Assembly: GCA_947627895.1 (NCBI GenBank)
Contig: CANQXV010000003.1
Location: 1-40,354 of the forward strand
Length of the DNA stretch: 40,354 nucleotides
DNA from: an uncultured Bacilli bacterium
Lineage (GTDB): Bacteria; Bacillota_I; Bacilli_A; RF39; UBA660
Direction: 5' to 3'
Below the pieces are notes generated by a model. It worked only from the letters and a program-made list of their open reading frames with translations, was not told the DNA's origin and ran no database searches. How positions within the stretch are numbered: the stretch's first letter is position 1; every line of letters starts with the position of its first letter. Below, piece by piece: positions 17,992 through 26,604 of the stretch. The translations under genes and the position numbers were made by a program.

Positions 17992-18654
17992 TCAATTTAA
18001 ATTCCAATTAATAGGTTTTTGGTTATTTTTGATAAGAAAATCATTGGTTTTAGAAAAAGGTTTACTACCAAAAAATCCTGAATAGGCGGATAATGGTGAC
18101 GGATGCGGGCTCGTGATAATATAGTGCTTTGGATTCGTAATATATTTGGCTTTTTCTTTAGCAAAATTGCCCCAGAGAATAAAAACAACTGATTCTTCTT
18201 TCATATTTAAAACTTTAATTATATAATCCGTCAAAGGTTCCCAACCCAAATTTCGATGTGAGGCTGGCTTATCTTTTTCAACTGTTAAAACGGCATTTAA
18301 AAGTAACACGCCATTTTTCGCCCAATTAGTTAAATCACCATCTTCTTTAGGAGGTATTCCCAAATCACTTTGTAATTCCTTATAAATATTTTGAAGAGAT
18401 GGGGGAATTTTAATTCCTTTATTGACGGAAAAAGAAAGCCCCATGGCTTCACCTACCCCATGATAAGGGTCTTGACCAACAATAACAACTCGAGTATCTT
18501 TAAATGAGGTTAATTTTAAGGCATTAAAAATATAATCCTTCGGAGGAAATATTTCTTTTTTATTATATTCATTTAAGATAGTATGATAAAAATTATTAAA
18601 GCCTGGACTATCCCAAATAACTTTTAATTTTTCGTCCCAATCATTACCAATCAT
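17992..18654 (-). CDS. ung: Uracil-DNA glycosylase (family 1)
   Basis: GQDPYH, GLSFS, PPSLQNIYKEL, GVLLLN, HPSPLSA; start MIGNDW with AAGGAG RBS. Confidence 0.96.
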   Translation of the reverse strand: MIGNDWDEKLKVIWDSPGFNNFYHTILNEYNKKEIFPPKDYIFNALKLTSFKDTRVVIVGQDPYHGVGEAMGLSFSVNKGIKIPPSLQNIYKELQSDLGIPPKEDGDLTNWAKNGVLLLNAVLTVEKDKPASHRNLGWEPLTDYIIKVLNMKEESVVFILWGNFAKEKAKYITNPKHYIITSPHPSPLSAYSGFFGSKPFSKTNDFLIKNNQKPINWNLN

Positions 18655-18670
18655 TTTTTCATTCTCCTTT

Positions 18671-19108
18671 TTATTTATGATAAGTTTCATTATTTATTAT
18701 TTTAAAACTTCGGTATATTTGTTCAAGTAAAATGCCACGGAATAAACCATGCGGAAAAGTAAGAGCTGAAAAACTAATAAGTTCATTGACCTTACTTCTT
18801 ACTTCATCATTTAAGCCAAGAGAACCCCCTATAATAAAGGTAATATTCCCATTGGTCATTAGTTTTTCATTTATTTTATTAGCTAGTTTTTCACTAGTTA
18901 CAACTTCACCTTTTAAATCTAGAGCAATGTTATAATCATGCGGATTAATTTTGGCAAGTAACCCACTTATTTCCTTTTCATAATTAACATTATCTTTTAA
19001 TTCGACAATTTCTATTTTATGATATTTACTAATTCTTTTTAAATAATCATTAACTAAATCTTGTAAATAAGCCTCTTTTAATTTTCCCACACAAAGTATT
19101 TTAATCAT
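18671..19108 (-). CDS. rlmH: 23S rRNA pseudouridine-1915 N3-methyltransferase
   Basis: VGKLKE, FIIGGSLGL, LTFPH, LLEQIYRSFKI...YHK SPOUT motifs. Confidence 0.95.
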   Translation of the reverse strand: MIKILCVGKLKEAYLQDLVNDYLKRISKYHKIEIVELKDNVNYEKEISGLLAKINPHDYNIALDLKGEVVTSEKLANKINEKLMTNGNITFIIGGSLGLNDEVRSKVNELISFSALTFPHGLFRGILLEQIYRSFKIINNETYHK

Positions 19109-19869
19109 ATTTCCACCACTTCACTTGCTTCTCTTTGCCGCGCACAAACAATATTATTAAATTCTACTCCGCGATCAATAAAAGTATTTCGCACGGTTTC
19201 TAACGCAATTTCTTCTAAATTATTAGTTTCACTTAAGTGCATCAAAATTATTTTTTGCGTATCCGGCCCAATTAGTTTTGCTAAATAAAAGGCGGCAGCT
19301 TTATTTGATAAGTGACCATTGTCGGATAAAACTCGTCTTTTAAGCCAAGCCGGATATGGCCCTTGCTGTAATAATTCAATATCATGATTACTTTCAAATA
19401 AATAAATATTTAAATTAGTTAAATCATTAAAATATTTTTTATTAATATAACCCGTATCCGTAATATAGGCTAAAGTTTTACCATTATCATTTAAAATAAA
19501 GTTTCTAGAATCAATGGCATCATGACTCGAATGAATAGGTTTTATAGTTACCCCATCTAAATCAATTTCTTTATCATAAATTAAAGTATGCGGATAATCA
19601 TTTAATCCTTCTAGGTCATAGAAGATTTTTTGACTCACAACTAAGGTTGGGTGGTGTTTGGTAACAAATGTTTTCAAAGCTGCGGTATGGTCAGTATGGG
19701 TATGACTTAAAAGAATATATTTAATTTCATTTAAGTCTACCCCTATATTTTCTAATTTTTCTTTAATATATTTATAATTAGAACCAATATCAATTAAAAT
19801 TTTATTTTGACTGGTTTCAATAAAGGTGCAATTGCCTTTTGAACCACTACATAAAACTACTACTCTCAT
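19105..19869 (-). CDS. walJ: YycJ/WalJ MBL-fold exonuclease
   Basis: SGSKGNC, SHTHTDH, SHDA, TDTGY, ESNHD, YPAWLKRRVLSDNGHLSN, HLSETNN; conserved adjacency to rlmH. Confidence 0.88.
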   Translation of the reverse strand: MRVVVLCSGSKGNCTFIETSQNKILIDIGSNYKYIKEKLENIGVDLNEIKYILLSHTHTDHTAALKTFVTKHHPTLVVSQKIFYDLEGLNDYPHTLIYDKEIDLDGVTIKPIHSSHDAIDSRNFILNDNGKTLAYITDTGYINKKYFNDLTNLNIYLFESNHDIELLQQGPYPAWLKRRVLSDNGHLSNKAAAFYLAKLIGPDTQKIILMHLSETNNLEEIALETVRNTFIDRGVEFNNIVCARQREASEVVEI

Positions 19870-19876
19870 AACTTAC

Positions 19877-21364
19877 CTATAACTTAATATAATTAAGGGG
19901 ATTTTGGAAACTATAAGATCCATGATATGGCCAACCAATGCAAACACCAAAGTGAAGGTGGGTTCCAGTTACATAACCACTATTACCCATTTGGGCAATT
20001 CTTTGACTCCGACTTACCTTTTGACCAACACTAACTAAAGCCTTAGAAAGGTGAGCATATTGGGTATAAATATTATTTTCATGTTCAATAATTACATAAT
20101 TACCATCAACTGACCGGTATCCTACTTCAACAACAGTACCATCATCAACCGCGTAAATTGGAGAGCCATAACCAGTACCGGAAATATCAAGGCCTAAATG
20201 TCTAGAACCACCACGCCAACCAAAGCCAGAGGTTAAATAATATGGGTAGTTGGTTGGATAAGCCCAGTTTAAGTTAGATTCGACAGGAGCTCCATGAATT
20301 GAAGATTTAGGCCCGACCGTAACAATTTGTTCGACCATTTCCCGAATAATAACTCTATCTTCCTTAATAGTTCTAACTTCGCTGCTAGCTTCCCCATTTA
20401 TTACTTGGTAAGTAACATGGTCAAGAGCAAGGCCATCAACACCTGAAGTTGTAACCTTCCGATATCCCGGATTCTTAGAACTATCAACCACTTCATTCGT
20501 CGTAAATGAAGTAATATTTTCATTAATTTGATCAACTTCATAAATAAAAGTTAACACCGGATTAATCAAAGTAATATTAACTTTAGTACCTTCGGTAAGT
20601 AAAGCTGATTCATCACGATATTCTGGATTGGCAATAATAAATTCTTGTGGGTTAATTTGATATTTTTCACTAATAGTTTCAATATTATCCCCCATTTCAA
20701 CTTTATAAGTATCCATTTTAGCATCAGGACCAAATAATAAATATTGGCTTAAAGATTCAACATCAGTAAATATTTTATCATGAACACTAATATAACCTTC
20801 TTTAATGGTAATTACTTCATTAAAATACATACTACTAATAGTTGAACCAATTTCTGATTTATTTATCGTTCTATTGCCCTCTAAATAATTATCGAGTCTT
20901 TCTTCATCAATAAAAGATAATATAAATCGATTCATCGCTTCTTCAAATATTTCTTTATCTAAAACGTTAATAGTTATATTTTCTTTATTTTCTTCTTCAG
21001 GGAATTTAATGGTAATAATATAACCTTCAATGGCAAAATCATCTACTTGAGCAATATTATTATATATTTCATTCACGGGAGTATAATCTGTATTAAAAGT
21101 ATTAGTTTTAACTAAATTAAAACCCGCCGGAGGATAAACATCAGCAACATTATATTCATAACGAATAGATTCTTGTTCTTTATTAATTAAGTCATATAAT
21201 TCATCAGCACTTTTAATTAAACCTATTGTTTCCCCATTTAAGTAAACTAAATAAGCATCTTCTGCTCTACTATCTATATCATTATTAAAAATATAACAAA
21301 CGCTATATAAAAGAACAAAAGCTATCGTAATTAAAGTTGTAATTATAATATCTTTTCTTTTCAT
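19877..21364 (-). CDS. Membrane-anchored LysM + G5 + M23 peptidoglycan endopeptidase
   Basis: N-terminal TM, YKVEMGDNIETIS (LysM), GVDG...VEQIVTVG (G5), HLGLDI, YAHL and GTHLHF (M23). Confidence 0.85.
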   Translation of the reverse strand: MKRKDIIITTLITIAFVLLYSVCYIFNNDIDSRAEDAYLVYLNGETIGLIKSADELYDLINKEQESIRYEYNVADVYPPAGFNLVKTNTFNTDYTPVNEIYNNIAQVDDFAIEGYIITIKFPEEENKENITINVLDKEIFEEAMNRFILSFIDEERLDNYLEGNRTINKSEIGSTISSMYFNEVITIKEGYISVHDKIFTDVESLSQYLLFGPDAKMDTYKVEMGDNIETISEKYQINPQEFIIANPEYRDESALLTEGTKVNITLINPVLTFIYEVDQINENITSFTTNEVVDSSKNPGYRKVTTSGVDGLALDHVTYQVINGEASSEVRTIKEDRVIIREMVEQIVTVGPKSSIHGAPVESNLNWAYPTNYPYYLTSGFGWRGGSRHLGLDISGTGYGSPIYAVDDGTVVEVGYRSVDGNYVIIEHENNIYTQYAHLSKALVSVGQKVSRSQRIAQMGNSGYVTGTHLHFGVCIGWPYHGSYSFQNPLNYIKL

Positions 21365-22701
21365 GATTCTTCCTTATTTTCTTGAAGCATATTTCTAAAA
21401 CTACACATATTTAATTCTAATAGTAAGTTCACAACACCCGTACTACCTTTACGATGTTTCGCAATTACTAATTCCGCAGGAACTATTTTTTGTTTCGCAT
21501 CTTTTACTTTTTCATAATAATCTTTGCGATTAATAAATAGAACCATATCAGCATCTTGTTCCAAAGAACCGGATTCTCTTAAGTCGGCCAACATTGGTTG
21601 ATTACTTTCTCTTTTTTCCGCACTCCGAGATAATTGACTTAAAGCAATAACTGGAACTTTTAATTCCAAAGCCATCGTCTTTAAATTACGGGAAATTTCT
21701 GATACTTCCACTTGTCTTGATTCATATCTTTTAAAACCACTATTAACAAGTTGCAAATAGTCAATAATAACTAAACCTAAGCCTTGTTCACTATTAGCAA
21801 GTCTTCTACATTTGGCTCTAATTTCTTGAACGGTTGCGGCCGAATTATCTTCAATATAAATGTTGGTATCTGCAAGTTGGGATAATGCTTCATTATATCT
21901 TTTCCAATCATTTTCATGCATATTACCAGTTTGTAATTTATAAGCATCAATTTGCCCAATAGAACTAATCATCCGATTAACTAACATTTCCGCGGGCATT
22001 TCTAAGTTAAATATGGCAATTGCTTTTTTAGTAGTTGATGCCGCATATGTTGCCATGTTTAAAGCCAGGTTTGTTTTACCCATCCCGGGACGGGCCGCCA
22101 AAATAATCATTTCCCCAGGTTGAAATCCGGTTGAAATTCGGTCAAAATCAATGAATCCCGTCTCTAAACCCGTAATAACTTTTTTATTTTTAGCTAGTTC
22201 TTCTAACTTTTCTTGAGCTCTTCTTAATACTTCTTGAATTGGTAAGAATTCGCCAACACTTCTAGCTCTAACTACATTATTTATTTTCTTTTCGGCACTA
22301 TCAAGTAAATAATTTAAATCATCACTTTCATAAGAATCAGTTACAATTTCGGTTGCCGTATTAATTAAATTTCTTCTTATGGCAAAATCTTTAACAATAC
22401 TTATATAATGGTCTAAGTTTGCCGTTGTTACAACTGAATCAATAACTTCACTTAAATATTCAATCGAAACAGCATTTAATTTTTTATCTTTATCAAGTTC
22501 ATTTTTTATTGTCATTATATCCACAGGTGTATTGGTATCATGAAGATTCTTTATAGCATTAAATATAAATTTGTTTCGCTCATCAAAAAACATTTCAGGT
22601 ACTACTTCTTCGACAATCTTATTAACTGTTGTATTATCGATAAAAGCAACTCCTAAAACACTCATTTCTGCTTCTAAATTCTTAGGCATCGTTCGAGCCA
22701 T
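21361..22701 (-). CDS. dnaB: Replicative DNA helicase (DnaB; DnaC in B. subtilis nomenclature)
   Basis: EAEMSVLG, AARPGMGKT, IDYLQL, LSQLSR, DLRESGSLEQDAD, KHRKG. Confidence 0.97.
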   Translation of the reverse strand: MARTMPKNLEAEMSVLGVAFIDNTTVNKIVEEVVPEMFFDERNKFIFNAIKNLHDTNTPVDIMTIKNELDKDKKLNAVSIEYLSEVIDSVVTTANLDHYISIVKDFAIRRNLINTATEIVTDSYESDDLNYLLDSAEKKINNVVRARSVGEFLPIQEVLRRAQEKLEELAKNKKVITGLETGFIDFDRISTGFQPGEMIILAARPGMGKTNLALNMATYAASTTKKAIAIFNLEMPAEMLVNRMISSIGQIDAYKLQTGNMHENDWKRYNEALSQLADTNIYIEDNSAATVQEIRAKCRRLANSEQGLGLVIIDYLQLVNSGFKRYESRQVEVSEISRNLKTMALELKVPVIALSQLSRSAEKRESNQPMLADLRESGSLEQDADMVLFINRKDYYEKVKDAKQKIVPAELVIAKHRKGSTGVVNLLLELNMCSFRNMLQENKEES

Positions 22702-22716
22702 TTATCTTCACACCCT

Positions 22717-23157
22717 TTATTTTACTAATACAATTTTTACTAAAAATTTTACTTTCTTATGTAACTCAATTTCTACATTAGTTGTTCCTAAAGATGAAAT
22801 TGGCACTTCAATCTTAATAGCTTTTTTATCTATTTTATAACCCATTTCTTTTAATTTATCACTTATTTGTTTACTAGAAATAGTCCCAAATATTTGATCA
22901 TTTTTTCCTGTTTTAACTTTAAAAGTTAATTCTTTATTTTCTAAACTATCCTTTATTTTATTAAATTCTTTTATTCTTTCTTCTTCGGCATCTTCTCTTA
23001 TTTTTATTTCTTCATCTAGTATTTCTTTACTCCTTTTAGAGTAAGGAACAGCAAGTCCATTTTTAATTAAATAATTATTAGCATAACCATCAGATACATC
23101 CAATATAGCATCCTTTTTACCTTGGCTTTTAACATCTTTAAGTAATATTACTTTCAT
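22717..23157 (-). CDS. rplI: 50S ribosomal protein L9
   Basis: [13 protein letters not shown]...[24 protein letters not shown]. Confidence 0.97.
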   Translation of the reverse strand: MKVILLKDVKSQGKKDAILDVSDGYANNYLIKNGLAVPYSKRSKEILDEEIKIREDAEEERIKEFNKIKDSLENKELTFKVKTGKNDQIFGTISSKQISDKLKEMGYKIDKKAIKIEVPISSLGTTNVEIELHKKVKFLVKIVLVK

Positions 23158-23216
23158 AAATCCTCCTTAAAGTCACAACTATTATATCATACATTTGCAA
23201 AATAATTAAAAAAAGA

Positions 23217-23236
23217 AACCAATTTCTTGGTTACTA
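23217..23236. repeat. 20-bp direct repeat, left copy (terminator hairpin after the 622-aa gene)
   Basis: AACCAATTTCTTGGTTACTA is identical to 25438-25457; on the minus strand the hairpin is followed by TCTTTTTTT. Confidence 0.9.
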
Positions 23237-23240
23237 AGTT

Positions 23241-25109
23241 TTAAGCTATTCGATATGGATTTGTTTCAGTTCCATCTCCTGAGGCAATTTTTGCGTCAGA
23301 TGAAAGATAGAAGGAAGGTCTAACACAATATAAATTATAAACATCATTGCCTATACCATTTGTCATACCTGCATAATCGATAAATCTTGCCCCGGCTCCA
23401 TATTCTGGCCAACGAGAAAGTGTCCATTCGTTAATACCCAGGTATAACCAATTATTATTTTTGACCACATCTTCATTATAATTACTTGCCTTAATATTCC
23501 AATATTCTGGTAAAGTTCCGTACATATAATCGCTTATATACATTAAACCAATATTTGAGTTAAACAATAAATCATTATCGCTGTTACATAATCTCGGTTC
23601 TTGATTTAAGGCCAATCCGTTTCCTTGCGTATAACATAAATTACTTTCTTTTGTTAATTTACTATCACCTAATTCACTCTCATATACTTCTTTAGCATTA
23701 TTAAAACTTGATGTCCCTCCGACTTCCCATATGTGACTAACAATTTTTTTTTGATAAATTTCATCTATATTATTATAGAAATACTCATTTAAGTTTTTAC
23801 TATTTAGGTCGCTTTCCTTCCACATATTTACATTAGTACTGTTCTCATATAATATGTGTTCTTTGTCCGTACTATTCCAACTATAACTTGCCAAACTATC
23901 CCAATTTGTGCCCTTATAATACATATGATTAGTACTATTATTTAAACTATATAAACTATAAGTTGCTCCACCTCCTACTTCACTATTACCTAATTGAGCT
24001 GCTGTTGCACCTTCCGCTTTAATCAATTTCATTTCATATTGTTGATTCGCATTTTTAAATAACCCTATTATTCTATATAAATCTTCATTTGTTGTACATT
24101 GTTGTGGTTCCTCTGATACTTCTGTAACATCATCTAAACATACATAGTTATTTACTATTTCACTGGCCCCACTATACCTATAGGAATTATCATTAGCTCC
24201 GTTTGTTAAGTTTTCATTATGTAATAATAATGTATTGGCTTCTGAATCTGCTAATAATTTTTCTTGTATTTCTTCTTGTTTAGTTTCTTTTTGGATTATT
24301 ACTTCCCCACTTACTTGTTTTCCGGTATTTAATTCTTGATCAGTTGGTAGGTTTATAAATGTTATGGTTATTTCCCATGTATCTGTTGTTGGCCCTGGTT
24401 GAGTATTTGGATCAGATGGTGCTGTTACTTCTATTGGTACTCCACTTGCTATGGTTATTAATCCTCCTACTTCAGTTATATCATACCCACTTATTTTCTT
24501 TGTTTGTTGTTCTTCTCCTTCTGTATATTTTATTTCTATATCATCTTTATGAGTTAATCCAACTACTCCTTCATACTCCTCAGTACCCTTTTTAACACTT
24601 AATATTAATTCTGACACTGGAGTATTATATGTTCCTTTATCTGCATCACTCAATGGTACTTGTTTAACATCTCCAGTGTCATTTTTATAACTTGAATACT
24701 CTAATTCTTTAGTATTTAATCTTAAATACACATTATAAGTTTCTCTTGCTGCTCTGGTAGCACTATTAGCTGTTAGTACTGCTTTGGCTGTTACCCCATC
24801 AGCTATACTTTGATCATTTGCTTCAAAGTTTTCCACTGTTGCTTTTATATTTATTGGTGTTAAATCATCAGTTCCTTGTTTGGGATCATTATCAATAATA
24901 TGATTTCCTTCATCAGTTGCATCCTTATCTACAATGCTAAAAGTTAAGGAATCATTAGTTCCCGTTTTAGCACTAACATCAAGGGTTTGATTATCACCAG
25001 TTTGGGCAGCAAAAAAAGCATATGTTGCTCCGGCTACTACTATTAATAATGTTAATACCCCTATTATTAATAACATTAAGTTTTTTCTTTTTTTGTCATT
25101 ATCTTTCAT
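23241..25109 (-). CDS. Surface protein with SipW/TasA-type signal peptide, TasA-like N-domain and C-terminal DUF6273/C-type-lectin-like domain
   Basis: KKRK-hydrophobic-GATYAFF leader; WEITITFIN..DQ..NTGK; SYRYSG, NNYVC, YRIIG, KLIK, GLMYISDY, EWTLSR, VRPSFYL, GDGTETNPYRI. Confidence 0.7.
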   Translation of the reverse strand: MKDNDKKRKNLMLLIIGVLTLLIVVAGATYAFFAAQTGDNQTLDVSAKTGTNDSLTFSIVDKDATDEGNHIIDNDPKQGTDDLTPINIKATVENFEANDQSIADGVTAKAVLTANSATRAARETYNVYLRLNTKELEYSSYKNDTGDVKQVPLSDADKGTYNTPVSELILSVKKGTEEYEGVVGLTHKDDIEIKYTEGEEQQTKKISGYDITEVGGLITIASGVPIEVTAPSDPNTQPGPTTDTWEITITFINLPTDQELNTGKQVSGEVIIQKETKQEEIQEKLLADSEANTLLLHNENLTNGANDNSYRYSGASEIVNNYVCLDDVTEVSEEPQQCTTNEDLYRIIGLFKNANQQYEMKLIKAEGATAAQLGNSEVGGGATYSLYSLNNSTNHMYYKGTNWDSLASYSWNSTDKEHILYENSTNVNMWKESDLNSKNLNEYFYNNIDEIYQKKIVSHIWEVGGTSSFNNAKEVYESELGDSKLTKESNLCYTQGNGLALNQEPRLCNSDNDLLFNSNIGLMYISDYMYGTLPEYWNIKASNYNEDVVKNNNWLYLGINEWTLSRWPEYGAGARFIDYAGMTNGIGNDVYNLYCVRPSFYLSSDAKIASGDGTETNPYRIA

Positions 25110-25129
25110 CGTATTATCACCTATTATTA

Positions 25130-25158
25130 ATTATATAACCATTTGGTTATATGGTCAA
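25130..25158 (-). promoter_or_regulatory. SigmaA promoter of the 622-aa gene
   Basis: TTGACC-17-TATAAT, followed by AGGTGA RBS. Confidence 0.85.
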
Positions 25159-25177
25159 GATAATCAAATGGTTATAT
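25133..25177. promoter_or_regulatory. Two palindromic operators, probably bound by the adjacent XRE
   Basis: ATATAACCA-TT-TGGTTATAT (25133-25152, fills the promoter spacer) and ATAATCA-AA-TGGTTAT (25160-25175); centres 25 bp apart. Confidence 0.8.
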
Positions 25178-25201
25178 GTAAAAATATAAATGGTGATTAA
25201 A

Positions 25202-25432
25202 ATGAACTTAATAAGACTAAAAGAAATAAGAGAAGACCATGATTTACTCCAAAAAGATATTGCGAAAGTTTTAAAAATTTCTCAAGTTCAATATAGTCGA
25301 TATGAAACTGGTATTAGACTAATACCCATTGATAAATTAAATATTTTAGCATCATTTTATAAAGTTTCCGTAGATTATCTTATCTGTAGAACCGATTGTA
25401 AGAAGCCTTATCCCAAATCTATTATAAAATAA
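25202..25432 (+). CDS. XRE-family HTH repressor
   Basis: RLKEIREDHDLLQKDIAKVLKISQVQYSRYETG...LASFYKVSVDYL; GGTGA RBS favours ATG 25202 (track gives 25190). Confidence 0.92.
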   Translation: MNLIRLKEIREDHDLLQKDIAKVLKISQVQYSRYETGIRLIPIDKLNILASFYKVSVDYLICRTDCKKPYPKSIIK

Positions 25433-25457
25433 AAAATAACCAATTTCTTGGTTACTA
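25430..25457. terminator. rpsR terminator / right copy of the 20-bp direct repeat
   Basis: Minus strand: TAG stop, TAACCAA-GAAA-TTGGTTA hairpin, then TTTTTT. Confidence 0.8.
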
Positions 25458-25670
25458 TTTAACAAATGGTATTAAAGCCATATATCTTGCATATTTAACT
25501 TGATTTGCAATATGTCTTTGATGTTTCGCACAAGCACCAGTCATTCTTCTTGGTAAAATCTTGCCTTTATCATTAATATATTTATTAATAATCATAACAT
25601 CTTTGTAATCAACACTTTTTCCAGCGCACATTTGACATATTTTCTTTTTCTTACGATAAAATTCTGCCAT
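25455..25670 (-). CDS. rpsR: 30S ribosomal protein S18 (zinc-binding type)
   Basis: CQMC...DYKD...GKILPRRMTGACAKHQR...ARYMALIPF. Confidence 0.97.
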   Translation of the reverse strand: MAEFYRKKKKICQMCAGKSVDYKDVMIINKYINDKGKILPRRMTGACAKHQRHIANQVKYARYMALIPFVK

Positions 25671-25686
25671 CTTCTTTCCTCCTTAA

Positions 25687-26175
25687 CTAAAATGGTAAGT
25701 CATCACTACTTAAGGTTACCTCATCCCCGAAATCTTTATATGGGTCTTCACTAACATCAGTTGTTTCAATATTAGCTTCAGGTGATGGTGAATAAGCATA
25801 ACTATTATCTACTGGTTCACTTGGGCCAAAATCGACAGTACTATTGCTACTATTATTATTTCTAGCTCCTAAGAATTCCATTTGTTCGGCGACAACATCA
25901 GTTGTATATCTTTTAGAACCATCTTGAGCATCATAACTACTATTTCTAATCCGACCAGTAATACTAATTAAAGAACCTTTACGACAATATTTATTAATTG
26001 TACCGGCTAAACGATTAAACGCAACACAATTTATAAATTCAGTATCTCTTTCACCGTTACGATTTAAAAAATCATTTTGACAAGCCAAGGAAAATCTTGC
26101 AACTTCCACATTATTTTGACTCATTCTTGACTCAGGATCTCTCGTTAACCTTCCTGTTAATATAACTCTATTCAT
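25687..26175 (-). CDS. ssb: Single-stranded DNA-binding protein
   Basis: MNRVILTGRLTRDPE, FINCVAF, C-terminal DDLPF. Confidence 0.97.
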   Translation of the reverse strand: MNRVILTGRLTRDPESRMSQNNVEVARFSLACQNDFLNRNGERDTEFINCVAFNRLAGTINKYCRKGSLISITGRIRNSSYDAQDGSKRYTTDVVAEQMEFLGARNNNSSNSTVDFGPSEPVDNSYAYSPSPEANIETTDVSEDPYKDFGDEVTLSSDDLPF

Positions 26176-26177
26176 TA

Positions 26178-26468
26178 TTACTCGCTTTCTATCTTAATGA
26201 TTAAATGTCTTAATACATTTTCATTAATAGATACTTTTCTATCAAATTCTTTAATGGTTTCATGATCAGTTTCAACTTTCATAACATAGTAAAAACCACT
26301 TAATTCCTTATTAATTGGATAAGCAAGTTTTTTTCTACCCATTTCTGTAAATTCGATAACTTTGGATTTTTTACCGTTAATTAATTTTTGTAATTCTTCA
26401 GCGGTCTTCTTAATTTCGCTTTCTTCCATCGATGCTTTAACGATAAACATAATTTCATAATTAGTCAT
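26178..26468 (-). CDS. rpsF: 30S ribosomal protein S6
   Basis: YEIMFIV, GRKKLAYPINK...GFY, VLRHLII. Confidence 0.97.
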   Translation of the reverse strand: MTNYEIMFIVKASMEESEIKKTAEELQKLINGKKSKVIEFTEMGRKKLAYPINKELSGFYYVMKVETDHETIKEFDRKVSINENVLRHLIIKIESE

Positions 26469-26476
26469 CTTTTTTT

Positions 26477-26518
26477 CACCTCCTTATGGTCTTTTGGCTT
26501 CGAAATGAAGCAAGGAGT
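26477..26518 (-). promoter_or_regulatory. S6:S18 ribosomal protein leader (cis-regulatory RNA)
   Basis: Transcript CTCCTT-GCTTC-ATTTC-GAAGC-CAAAAGACCAT-AAGGAGGTG: anti-SD/SD pairing around an inner hairpin with a CCR motif, as in the Bacillota rpsF leader. Confidence 0.8.
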
Positions 26519-26538
26519 AACTTTTTTTACTCGCGATT

Positions 26539-26567
26539 ATTATAACAAATAATATTACTCATTTCAA
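26539..26567 (-). promoter_or_regulatory. SigmaA promoter of rpsF-ssb-rpsR
   Basis: TTGAAA-17-TATAAT with extended TG. Confidence 0.8.
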
Positions 26568-26580
26568 GCACTTATGCATG

Positions 26581-26604
26581 AAAAAAGTGCCCTTAAGCAC
26601 TTTT
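26581..26604 (-). terminator. Terminator overlapping the acyltransferase stop codon
   Basis: AAAAGTGC-TTAAGG-GCACTTTTTT on the minus strand. Confidence 0.65.

Larger units (their letters stand above)
23217..25457. mobile_element. Putative inserted cassette (XRE + surface protein) at the rpsR 3' end; no recombinase gene
   Basis: Flanked by perfect 20-bp direct repeats containing the rpsR stop; interrupts rpsR-rplI synteny; A-ending codon bias by eye. Confidence 0.55.

Noticed and set aside
18671-18688. rlmH 3' end (GAAACTTATCATAAATAA) resembles the SCC attB site
   Set aside because: ung follows within 16 bp; no second copy and no ccr recombinase. The similarity reflects the conserved YHK C-terminus.
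8705-25432. Prophage or ICE suggested by the XRE repressors
   Set aside because: No integrase, relaxase, terminase or structural genes; flanks are core genes.
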